A stretch of DNA of 64,000 bases from Endomicrobiales bacterium (lineage in GTDB: Bacteria > Elusimicrobiota > Endomicrobiia > Endomicrobiales > JALOBY01). Below the pieces are notes generated by a model, which made no database searches, was not told the origin of the DNA, and was given only the letters and a program-made list of their open reading frames with translations. Made by a program: the position numbers and the translations under genes. The stretch covers positions 128,001 to 192,000 of the forward strand of contig CAWCNJ010000008.1 in assembly GCA_963796955.1 (NCBI GenBank), read 5' to 3'. Within the stretch, counting starts at the first letter, position 1, and every line of letters begins with the position of its first letter. This document shows positions 9,241-18,167 of this stretch, one piece after another.

Positions 9241-9696
9241 ATGAATTACAGAAAAGGCCGGGGATTTACTTTGATCGAACTGGTTATTGTGATTGTGATC
9301 GTCGGAGTATTGACTGTGTGCGCCATACCAATATTCAGAACGTATGTCAGGCGTTCAATGTCTGCGGAAGGTAAGTCTCTGATCAACAGGATCGTTTCTG
9401 CTGAACGCATATACTACACTGAAAATCACACTCAGTGTCTTATCGGATCAATGGCGGCCCCTGTAGGAAATGATGTCACACTTAATATTGACGTACGCGC
9501 TAATAAGTACTTCAATACTTTTTGCGTCACAGGGCTCCCTGGTGTCTATTATGACGCATATTCGTTTGGAACAGGTGATGCTTCAGGTTTATTGGCAGAC
9601 GTAAGAGGTGTAGCAGGTCTTAATTCATCCGTAGGTTCGAGGGAGATAAGCGATAGCAATCCCAGTGGACCGCCTACAATTCTGGAGACGTGGTAG
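9241..9696 (+). CDS. Type IV pilin, paralog of 751-1218
   Basis: [22 protein letters not shown]; shares RRSM.AEGKSL, YYTE and D.RANKYF with the first pilin. Confidence 0.88.
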   Translation: MNYRKGRGFTLIELVIVIVIVGVLTVCAIPIFRTYVRRSMSAEGKSLINRIVSAERIYYTENHTQCLIGSMAAPVGNDVTLNIDVRANKYFNTFCVTGLPGVYYDAYSFGTGDASGLLADVRGVAGLNSSVGSREISDSNPSGPPTILETW

Positions 9697-9720
9697 ATAA
9701 GAACTATAACTTACCCAAAA

Positions 9721-9749
9721 TTGACAACCTATCTGTTATTTGCTAATCT
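9721..9749 (+). promoter_or_regulatory. Putative sigma70 promoter of smc
   Basis: TTGACA-17 bp-TAATCT with extended -10 TG. Confidence 0.55.
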
Positions 9750-9798
9750 TATTATTGAATTTCCGTCTATTATTACTTGAAAACAGGATGTATAATAC

Positions 9799-12700
9799 AT
9801 GTATCTGAAGCGACTTGAAATATCGGGATTTAAATCTTTCGCGGACAAGACCAAACTTGATTTTGAACCGGGAATAACGGCAGTAGTCGGGCCTAACGGG
9901 TGCGGGAAGTCTAATGTGGCGGATTCTATCCGCTGGTGTTTGGGCGAGCAGAGCGTGCGCTCTCTGCGCTCGCGGCAGATGCTGGATGTGATATTCAATG
10001 GTTCCCAGTCTCGCCCGGCGACAGGAATGTCTGAAGTTTCTCTCACCTTTGATAATTCTCAAAACGTACTACCTATAGACTATTCTGAAGTAACCATTAC
10101 CCGCAGGCTGTTTCGCAGCGGGGAAAGCGAATACTTTATTAATAAAGTTCAGTGCAGGCTGAAAGATGTCCGCGATATGTTCCTTGATACGGGTGTCGGC
10201 GCTGAAGGCTATTCCATTATGGAACAGGGGAAAGTTGAACATGTGCTTTCCTCCAAGCCCGAGGACCGCCGCGAATTGTTCGAAGAGGCTGCAGGTGTAA
10301 GCAAATTCAAAGCGCGTAAAGAAGAAACCGTAAGAAAACTTGATAAAGTTGAGACGGATATGAACCGTATCAACGACATGCTTTCGATGCTCAAAGAACA
10401 GATAGCGCAGTTAGATAGCCAGGCCCGCAAAGCCCGGCAGTATACCAAGATCAAAGAAGACCTGCGCCGTCTGGAACTGGCATCGTTGGTTAAGCAGGCG
10501 CTGGATGCCGATACCGGTATTGCGCGGATCAATGTTGTTTTAGAGCCGAAGCAGATGGAATTTGAGCGGCAGAATACGCAGCTGGTGCAGATCGAGACCG
10601 AGATATCTGAGCTGCGCATGCAGCAGGTGGAAAAAGATGAACGGTACGTTGCTTCCCAGGAAGAACTTTCACGCATTAAGTCCGACATAAATCTTTGCGA
10701 CGAGCGGACCCGCTCCGCGGCGGAGAGAGAACTGGAGTTCAGCGAGCGCAAGGAACAGCTTATCCGCGAGGTAGGGGAGAAGGAATCACGGATACAGGAA
10801 TCGGTGAAAGAACGTGAGGGCCTGACTGAGACTCGGCGGCTGTTGGCAGAGCGGGTGGCAACCCTTGAAGCGGACTATAAAGCTAAAGAAGGCCGGGCAG
10901 AAGAGATCCGCAACGAACTGCTGAAGCTGCAGGCTGACGAGAACGCCATTCGTCAGTTCCTTTTCACGAGCGCTGAAGCGAAAACCAATATCCATAATGA
11001 GACTAACCGCCTTGCCTCCATGCGCGCGCGCTGCGAGGGGCAGGCGCTGTCCCTGCAAAAAGAAATAACCAGGCTGGAAACCCAGACCGCTCCTTTCCAG
11101 CAGGAAGTCGCGGCGATGCAGTCGCAGCAGAACTCACTTACCAGCCGTTTGGAACAGGCCGGCATAAATAATCAGACTGCGCAGCAAACTATCGTTCAAC
11201 TGCAGGAAAAACTAACTCTTAATCTTGAACTCCAGTCTACGCTCAAGGGCACGATCATCGCCAATGAATCCAAGTTCCAGGCACTCGCCGAGTGGGAACA
11301 TAAAGATCCGCAGCGCGCGGCTATCAGCGCGCTGACGACCGCGGCCATAGCCGGCGTGAGCGGGCCGCTGAGCAACCTTATCAAAATCTCGGCCGATCAT
11401 CACGATGTTATCGTGGCATTGCTCGGCGATAAGCTCAATTATGTGGTCTGTGAATCGATGGACGCGGCGAAAAACGCGATCGGTTATCTGGACGCTCATG
11501 CTCTTTGCCGGCTTACGTTTGTTATACCGTCGCTGATAACCGCTTCGCCTGAAACTATTTTCCCGGCCGGCGCAGACATGGTGCTTTCGCACATTACCTG
11601 CGATGACACGATTAGCCGCACTCTGAATTTCCTTATCGGCGCACCGGTGATAGAAGGCGACAATGTGGTCTCGGCTGCTGTCGTGCAGGGCGGCAAGATC
11701 GTGTTCGACAAACCCATGATGGTTGAAGAACAGTTGACTGCGTATTCAACGGCCATTGAAGCTGCCAAAACCGCGCTTACCGGAGCAGTAGCCGAGGGAA
11801 CAACTCTTTCCGACGCACTCAATACAGCCAGGGAAAACCTGAATGCCACGATAATTGAAATGCAGGATCTGCGTAACCAGTCTGAATGGCTTGGAAAACA
11901 GCTGGCCGCAAAACAGGAAGAACTGATGTTCCTTGAAAAGGAACTTAACCTGAACCGTGAGGACATCGCTAAACAGCAGGAAGAAGAAAAGAATATCGAG
12001 GCGCAGCAGGCGGATCTGCGCAACCAGCTGGCACAGCTGGAAACAGAAGAGCAATCGAACATCGCCCGCCAGGCCCAATTAGAACAGGAATTCCAGCAGT
12101 GGCGCGTGGAAGAGAATGCCGCCTCGCCGCTGCTTACCGAAGCGAAGGTTGCCTGGGCGACGCAGGTTAACGAGCTTGCCGGCAGGCAGCGTGATGAAGA
12201 GCGACTGGCTGAAATAATCAACGACCTGCAGCGCCAGACAGAACAGGAACGCGGCGAGCTTTCGGCTATAGATATACGTATCACCGATCAGAGGACTATA
12301 CAGGAAACCGAGTCCGCCAAGCTTAAGCACCTGTACGGTGAGCAGGAAATAAAGGACGCCGAAGTGCAGGCTTCTCTTACGGAACGCCAGACCGTGCAAT
12401 ATACGATCGAGGCACACACTTCTCAAATACATGAGCTGCGTACCCAAGTGGAGAACTTCAAAACGGATATCCATAATATGCAGTTGGAGCAGCGCAGCTT
12501 TGAGCTGCAGCGGTTCGCCGTAGATAAACGCCTCAGCGAGGATTACTCCACAAACCTGCCGGATATCAAAGACGAATACGCTAAAATAGAATTCGATGAA
12601 GAAGAGATACTGCGACTTAAGCGCAAGCTTGAATCCATGGGAAGTGTAAACCTTGCTGCACCGGAAGAGTATACTAATATTGAAGAACGCTATAATTTCC

Positions 12701-13272
12701 TGCTTACCCAGCAGCAAGACCTGTTGAAGGCCCGTGATGACCTGAAACAGGTGATCGTCAAGATCAACCAGACGACGCTGGAGAATTTCCAGAAGACGTT
12801 CACGCTGGTACGGGAAAACTTCATTTCTATTTACCAGCAATTATTTGAAGGCGGTAAGGCGGATCTTATACTGACCGACGAAAGCAATCTGCTGGAAACC
12901 GGTGTTGATATCCTTGCCCAGCCGCCCGGGAAAAAACTGCAAAACATTGCCTTGCTCTCCGGCGGTGAAAAAGCGCTTACCGCGGTCGCCCTGCTGTTCG
13001 CGTTCTTTATGGTCAGGCCGTCGCCCTTCTGTATCCTGGACGAAGTGGACGCGCCGCTGGATGAAGCCAATGTCGGTCGTTTCACCAGCATGGTCAAGTC
13101 TTTCTCAGAGCGCACACAATTCATACTTATCACACACAGCAAGCGGTCCATGGAAACGGCCGATGTGCTGTACGGCGTTACCATGGAAGAGCTCGGCGTA
13201 TCCAAGATCATATCGGTGCGCATGAACAAGGAAGCCGCTGTTTCAGCCGGCGATCCCGGTTTGAACAAGTAA
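9799..13272 (+). CDS. smc: Chromosome segregation protein SMC
   Basis: GFKSF, Walker A GPNGCGKSN, long coiled coils with hinge, LSGGEKAL, LDEVDAPLD. Confidence 0.97.
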   Translation: MYLKRLEISGFKSFADKTKLDFEPGITAVVGPNGCGKSNVADSIRWCLGEQSVRSLRSRQMLDVIFNGSQSRPATGMSEVSLTFDNSQNVLPIDYSEVTITRRLFRSGESEYFINKVQCRLKDVRDMFLDTGVGAEGYSIMEQGKVEHVLSSKPEDRRELFEEAAGVSKFKARKEETVRKLDKVETDMNRINDMLSMLKEQIAQLDSQARKARQYTKIKEDLRRLELASLVKQALDADTGIARINVVLEPKQMEFERQNTQLVQIETEISELRMQQVEKDERYVASQEELSRIKSDINLCDERTRSAAERELEFSERKEQLIREVGEKESRIQESVKEREGLTETRRLLAERVATLEADYKAKEGRAEEIRNELLKLQADENAIRQFLFTSAEAKTNIHNETNRLASMRARCEGQALSLQKEITRLETQTAPFQQEVAAMQSQQNSLTSRLEQAGINNQTAQQTIVQLQEKLTLNLELQSTLKGTIIANESKFQALAEWEHKDPQRAAISALTTAAIAGVSGPLSNLIKISADHHDVIVALLGDKLNYVVCESMDAAKNAIGYLDAHALCRLTFVIPSLITASPETIFPAGADMVLSHITCDDTISRTLNFLIGAPVIEGDNVVSAAVVQGGKIVFDKPMMVEEQLTAYSTAIEAAKTALTGAVAEGTTLSDALNTARENLNATIIEMQDLRNQSEWLGKQLAAKQEELMFLEKELNLNREDIAKQQEEEKNIEAQQADLRNQLAQLETEEQSNIARQAQLEQEFQQWRVEENAASPLLTEAKVAWATQVNELAGRQRDEERLAEIINDLQRQTEQERGELSAIDIRITDQRTIQETESAKLKHLYGEQEIKDAEVQASLTERQTVQYTIEAHTSQIHELRTQVENFKTDIHNMQLEQRSFELQRFAVDKRLSEDYSTNLPDIKDEYAKIEFDEEEILRLKRKLESMGSVNLAAPEEYTNIEERYNFLLTQQQDLLKARDDLKQVIVKINQTTLENFQKTFTLVRENFISIYQQLFEGGKADLILTDESNLLETGVDILAQPPGKKLQNIALLSGGEKALTAVALLFAFFMVRPSPFCILDEVDAPLDEANVGRFTSMVKSFSERTQFILITHSKRSMETADVLYGVTMEELGVSKIISVRMNKEAAVSAGDPGLNK

Positions 13273-13277
13273 CATAT

Positions 13278-14006
13278 ATGGTCCGCCACGCACTCGGCCC
13301 GGCGTGTATAGATGAAGTTTCACCGGAGCAGGCTTCCGCCCTTGCTGCCCTGCGCATCGCCAGCAGAGAACCTTCCCAGATAGTTACCCTGAACTCATTG
13401 ATGTTCAACGCCATGATCAAAGACCCTGACCTGCGCAACGCCGTGTCGGGCGCGGCCCTGGTAATACCCGATTCCGTCGGCATACAGTGGGCGGCGAAAA
13501 TGCTCTGCGGGATACATGTTGCCCGGATCACCGGGATAGATTTCATGTATGACCTGGTTGAGCGCGCGAAGGTTAACGGCTGGCGTGTATTCTTGCTCGG
13601 TGCAAAGACCGGCGTTGCTGAAAGCGCCGCACAACGTTTACAGTCCCTGTTTCCCGGACTAACTATTGTCGGCACCCATCACGGTTATTTTACCGACCAT
13701 GACGCGATGATAGCGCATGTGCGCGCCGCGCAGCCGGACTTGCTTTTCGCCGGACTGGCCATGCCCGATCAGGAACTGTGGATCTCAACCAATCTTTTAT
13801 CAATGAACGTCCCCGTCGTGATGGGTGTCGGCGGCAGTTTTGACGTGATCTCAGGAGCTTTAAAACGCGCGCCCTCATGGATGCAGGCGCTCGGTCTTGA
13901 ATGGCTGTTCCGTTTATTCCAACAACCCTGGCGGATAACGCGGATGATAGACTTGCCGTTGTTCGTCTACAATATCATTAAACTAAAGCTTAAGGCGACC
14001 AACTGA
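13278..14006 (+). CDS. WecB/TagA/CpsF family glycosyltransferase
   Basis: RITGIDF, HHGYF, GVGGSFDV, RAP.WMQ..GLEWLFRL.QQP.R. Confidence 0.9.
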   Translation: MVRHALGPACIDEVSPEQASALAALRIASREPSQIVTLNSLMFNAMIKDPDLRNAVSGAALVIPDSVGIQWAAKMLCGIHVARITGIDFMYDLVERAKVNGWRVFLLGAKTGVAESAAQRLQSLFPGLTIVGTHHGYFTDHDAMIAHVRAAQPDLLFAGLAMPDQELWISTNLLSMNVPVVMGVGGSFDVISGALKRAPSWMQALGLEWLFRLFQQPWRITRMIDLPLFVYNIIKLKLKATN

Positions 14007-14728
14007 TGCGTTACGCTGTTTTCGCCGATATCCATGCCAATCTTGAGGCGCTCACGACGGTACTCGAATTTTTTCGCGCCCATAAGACGGACGCGTATCT
14101 TTGCGCCGGCGATCTGGTCGGGTACGGGCCCAACCCCAATGAGTGCGTAGACCTTGTCAAGTCTTTGCCGAATCTGCGCTTAGTCGCCGGCAATCACGAC
14201 TGGGCAGCGGCCGGCATGAAAGACCTTACGTGGTTCAATGAAAATGCGCAAAAGTCCCTTGTCTGGACCAGACAGCATCTTTCGGAAAACCACAAGATAT
14301 ATCTGTCGGAGCTGCCGAAGATCATTTCAGAAAAAGATTTTACGCTGGCGCACGGCTCGCCGCGCGACCCGCTGGACGAGTACCTGTTAACGCATGAACA
14401 ATATCACGATATGATATCGAACGTGCATACGCCGGTAACCTTCGTCGGGCACAGCCACACGCCGTTCATATTTGACTCTCGCTCCGTGCATCTTTTTCGC
14501 AGGCCCGGTTCCTTGCTGCTGGACGAGTCTGAAAAATACGTCGTTAACCCCGGTTCCGTCGGCCAGCCCAGAGACCGCAACAGCCAGGCCTCCTGCGGGG
14601 TGTACGACACGTATACCCATGTATTCCAGCTGGCCCGTCTTGAATATGATGTTGCCGCCACACAAAAGAAAATGCGCGATGCGGATTTACCAAACTTCCT
14701 AATAGAGAGGCTCTCCCTTGGACGCTAA
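14006..14728 (+). CDS. Calcineurin-like metallophosphoesterase
   Basis: DIHAN, GDLVGYGP, GNHD, HGSP, GHSH, NPGSVGQPRD. Confidence 0.9.
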   Translation: MRYAVFADIHANLEALTTVLEFFRAHKTDAYLCAGDLVGYGPNPNECVDLVKSLPNLRLVAGNHDWAAAGMKDLTWFNENAQKSLVWTRQHLSENHKIYLSELPKIISEKDFTLAHGSPRDPLDEYLLTHEQYHDMISNVHTPVTFVGHSHTPFIFDSRSVHLFRRPGSLLLDESEKYVVNPGSVGQPRDRNSQASCGVYDTYTHVFQLARLEYDVAATQKKMRDADLPNFLIERLSLGR

Positions 14729-15875
14729 AACCCCCGTCTCCCTCGCCTTCTGCAAGGATTATGACCCGAAGAACGTACAAGCCCAGGTTGAAAATGTCGT
14801 CTCATTGCTCGGCGGCATCGAGACAATGGTGCGCCCCGGTGAAACGATATTACTGAAACCGAATTTGCTGAGCGCACGCCTGCCTGAACGGGCTATAACG
14901 ACGCACCCGGAGATCGTGCGGGCGGTGGTGCGCCTGGTCAAGGCAGCGGGGGCCACGCCGGTGATCGGCGATAGTCCGGGCGGCGCCGTCAAGGGTGTTG
15001 AACGGGTCTGGAAAGAGACCGGCATGTATGCTGTGGCGAAAGAGGAAAAAGTCGAGCTGGTGAACTTTGAAACCTCCGGCGCGCAGGAACGGCGTGTGAA
15101 CAACCCGCTGGTGCCGAGCGTCTATATTTCCCGGGTCATCGATAACGTAGACGGCATTATAAACCTTCCAAAGCTTAAGACCCACGGGCTTACCACCTAT
15201 ACCGGCTGCGTAAAGAATTTCTACGGTACGGTGCCCGGTTTGCGCAAGGCGGAGTACCACAAGGCGATACCGCCCGGCGCCGCGGATTTCGGGGCCTTCA
15301 TCGGCGAAATATACCTGTTAAGCAAGCCGAAAGTGCGCTTGAACCTGATGGATGGCATCTGGGGCATGGAAGGAAACGGCCCTTCAGCCGGTGTGGTCCG
15401 GATATTGAATATCATCGCCGCTTCCCGGGACGGCAATGCCCTTGATATGGCCATCGTTAAGATGCTGGGTTTCAATCCTCAGCGGATCGGCACCATTAAG
15501 TATATCTCCGCCCTGCTCGGCGAGGTCCATTCCCATGAACGGGTTGAGGTGAGAGGGGAATCTCTGTCTGCGTTTTCCTTGTCAAAATTTAAATTCCCAT
15601 CCACCTGGTTTTACAATCTGATCCCGCGATGGCTGATACGCTTCCTCGGAAGTTTCATCTGGCTTAAGCCTGTTATACTGCAAGAGCTGTGCACCAGTTG
15701 TATGATGTGCGTTAACTCCTGCCCGGTTAAGGCTATAACGAAAAATAGTCCCGGAGAAAAACCTTTAGTGAACCCGGAAGACTGCATCAGCTGCCTGTGC
15801 TGCCACGAGCTTTGTCTTTCACAGGCCATAGGGTTAAAGAAAAGCCCCCTTGCGAAACTTCTGATCAGAGGGTAG
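14718..15875 (+). CDS. DUF362 protein with C-terminal 2x[4Fe-4S] ferredoxin domain
   Basis: LLKPNLL, TTHP, PKLKTH, GMEGNGP; CTSCMMCVNSCP and CISCLCCHELC. Confidence 0.85.
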   Translation: MDAKTPVSLAFCKDYDPKNVQAQVENVVSLLGGIETMVRPGETILLKPNLLSARLPERAITTHPEIVRAVVRLVKAAGATPVIGDSPGGAVKGVERVWKETGMYAVAKEEKVELVNFETSGAQERRVNNPLVPSVYISRVIDNVDGIINLPKLKTHGLTTYTGCVKNFYGTVPGLRKAEYHKAIPPGAADFGAFIGEIYLLSKPKVRLNLMDGIWGMEGNGPSAGVVRILNIIAASRDGNALDMAIVKMLGFNPQRIGTIKYISALLGEVHSHERVEVRGESLSAFSLSKFKFPSTWFYNLIPRWLIRFLGSFIWLKPVILQELCTSCMMCVNSCPVKAITKNSPGEKPLVNPEDCISCLCCHELCLSQAIGLKKSPLAKLLIRG

Positions 15876-15889
15876 ACTTGAGAGTGATC

Positions 15890-16801
15890 ATGATTAAAAA
15901 ATTAAGGCGAAAAATTGAATATGCAGCATTGGTGGGTTTCTCGGGCGTTATTCGAAAAATGCCGCTTGAGCGGGCGCGTTCAGTTGCCAGAGGGTTGGCG
16001 GTGATCGCGTGGCAGATCGTGCGTATACGCCGCAATGTCGTGGTCGCCAATCTTACCGAGTCCTTTAAAGACCGGTCACCGGCAGAGATCGAGGCGATAG
16101 GTCTTGCAACCTACAAGCAATTCGCGATGACCATGATCGAGTTGTTGTTCTTTCCGATATTATCCGCACAAGACATTGCGGGAATGGTAGAATTTAAGAA
16201 TTTAGACCTGGTAGAGATAGCCTTGAAGCAGGGCAGGGGTGCAGTGATGGTAGGCGCGCATTTCGGCAACTGGGAACTGATGGGCGCGGCGCTTGCACAA
16301 AAGCTTCCGGTTTCCTTCGTGGTCGGCAAACAGGAAAATGCCCCGGTTGATGATATGCTCAATTCATACCGCTCCGGCAAAAAGATCAAATTGATCCCGC
16401 TCAAACTCGCACTGCGCGGGGTAATGAAAGTGTTGAAGGCGAACGAACTGATAGCGATATTAGCCGATCAGGACGCCCATGAGAACGGCGCTTTTGTACC
16501 CTTCATGGGCAGACCCGCCTCTACTCCCAAGGGGCCTGCGATGTTCGCGATCAGGGCGCGTTGTCCGCTTATCATGGGAAACATCGTCCGCTCATCTGAC
16601 GGCAAATTTACGGTATTCTTTGATGTGGTGCCAAAACCCGAACCCTCAGGCAATGAAGATGAGGATATTATCAATTTTACGTCCAATTTTAACGCGATAC
16701 TCGGCGGCTATGTGAAAAAAAATCCTGACCACTGGTTCTGGATGCACAGGCGCTGGAAAACGAAGGTTCCACAGGAGCTATCATGCGCAAGATCATTGTA
16801 G
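15890..16801 (+). CDS. Lipid A late acyltransferase (LpxL/HtrB family)
   Basis: HFGNWE, LADQD, WFWMHRRWKT; ATG 15890 preferred over the track start. Confidence 0.88.
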   Translation: MIKKLRRKIEYAALVGFSGVIRKMPLERARSVARGLAVIAWQIVRIRRNVVVANLTESFKDRSPAEIEAIGLATYKQFAMTMIELLFFPILSAQDIAGMVEFKNLDLVEIALKQGRGAVMVGAHFGNWELMGAALAQKLPVSFVVGKQENAPVDDMLNSYRSGKKIKLIPLKLALRGVMKVLKANELIAILADQDAHENGAFVPFMGRPASTPKGPAMFAIRARCPLIMGNIVRSSDGKFTVFFDVVPKPEPSGNEDEDIINFTSNFNAILGGYVKKNPDHWFWMHRRWKTKVPQELSCARSL

Positions 16802-17973
16802 GAGCGTTGCTGTCTGCATGCGGTGTACTGTTAAGTTCATGCGCGACCTGGCAGCAGGTTACGGTCTACCCGGGCTTGAATGTTTCGAACGAGGTGATCG
16901 TTAAACCTGAATTACAGAAACTGTTGTCAGAAAAAAAACCGGACCTGAAGGTAACGCTCAGGGTGCCTGCCGTTCCTAAGGACATCACGCAGGAAAACCA
17001 GAAAGAACTTGATCGCCGCTACGACTATATCGAGAGAGAATTGGCAAAATCCGGTTTCATTGTCAGGGATAGGGCATTGCTTGAAAAAGTCTTGAGCGAC
17101 GGCAAACCGGCAAGCTACCAGGAACTCGCAAAAACCATAGATACGGACCTGATACTGGAGATCGTTAATGTCGGCCCATGCAGCATGTCGCACAAAAAAT
17201 ATTTTGACCAGAATGCCGGACATCTGGTCGAGATCAACAAGCTGGTGCCCGATGAGAAGAAACCCGATACGCTGCCTTTTGAAATGCAGGGCGGCCGCCT
17301 TGACTGCCGCGTGATAACGGTGAAAGACGCTTCTGTCTCAGGCCTGTTCACGATCTATAATTTCCCGTGCGAGGGCGTGTGCGCTTTTGAGGTGTTGCCC
17401 GGCAAGGAGTGGCGCAACCCGGAACCGAATTACGAAAACGTCAGGGGCTGGAACGTCGGTAATGACGAGCAGAATATCAGGAAGCTGGCAACATTGCTGA
17501 TCCAGGTACTTAAGGACGGTCAGATAGTGATCTCTCACGTACAAAAGGGCGGGATAGCGGACAAGAACGGCGTCATGCCTGAAGACGTGATAATGAAGAT
17601 CAATGACCAGCCCGTATATAACTATACCCAGGCCCTTGAACTGCTGATAAAGGCCGAAGGGACGTTTGACTTGATGCTCAACAGAGAAGGTAAAACGGTA
17701 CGTATTCCCATAGCCAAACAGTTCGCCCAGCCTCTCGGGATGCAGGTGGTATACAGGATAAAAACCGATGTGCCAGCGGCACAGGCTGCGGTTGCGACGC
17801 CTGCTGCCGCACCGGCCCCGAACCCGGTGCCGGCCGCTGCCACACCTGCTGCTGCGCCGACCCCGGTTCCCGTCGAGATAAAGCAGGAAGAGAAAAAGCC
17901 TGCGGCCGCACCGGCAGCAACTTCGCCAAAAACAAAAAAGGCAGTCAGGAAAAAAACGGCCTTGACAGAATAA
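16783..17973 (+). CDS. Lipoprotein with CsgG-like region, PDZ domain and Pro/Ala/Lys-rich tail
   Basis: Lipobox LLSSC; GFIVRDRALLEKVL; VQKGGIADKNGVMPEDVIMKIND (PDZ); PAAAP repeats. Confidence 0.6.
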   Translation: MRKIIVGALLSACGVLLSSCATWQQVTVYPGLNVSNEVIVKPELQKLLSEKKPDLKVTLRVPAVPKDITQENQKELDRRYDYIERELAKSGFIVRDRALLEKVLSDGKPASYQELAKTIDTDLILEIVNVGPCSMSHKKYFDQNAGHLVEINKLVPDEKKPDTLPFEMQGGRLDCRVITVKDASVSGLFTIYNFPCEGVCAFEVLPGKEWRNPEPNYENVRGWNVGNDEQNIRKLATLLIQVLKDGQIVISHVQKGGIADKNGVMPEDVIMKINDQPVYNYTQALELLIKAEGTFDLMLNREGKTVRIPIAKQFAQPLGMQVVYRIKTDVPAAQAAVATPAAAPAPNPVPAAATPAAAPTPVPVEIKQEEKKPAAAPAATSPKTKKAVRKKTALTE

Positions 17974-17990
17974 CGATATTCTAATAATAT
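17962..17990 (+). promoter_or_regulatory. sigma70 promoter of the riboswitch/rib operon
   Basis: TTGACA-17 bp-TAATAT, ending 10 nt before the riboswitch. Confidence 0.7.
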
Positions 17991-18000
17991 GTAGTCAGTA

Positions 18001-18163
18001 GTTCTTCAGGGAAGGGTGAAAATCCCTATCGGCAGTGAAGGTCCCGTTCAACGGGACATAAGCCTGCGAGTCCCGCTAAGCGGGACAGGAATCTGTGTAA
18101 TTCAGATGCCGACGGTAAAACCCGGGGCGTACCCCCCGGGTAAAGTCCGGATGGAAGAAGAAT
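18001..18163 (+). ncRNA. FMN riboswitch (RFN element)
   Basis: TCTTCAGGG.AGGGTGAAAATCCC, CGGCAGT..AGCCTGCGA, TGTAATTC..GCCGACGGT..AGTCCGGATGGAAGAAG; P1 GTTCTTC/GAAGAAT; upstream of rib genes. Confidence 0.95.
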
Positions 18164-18167
18164 ATAT

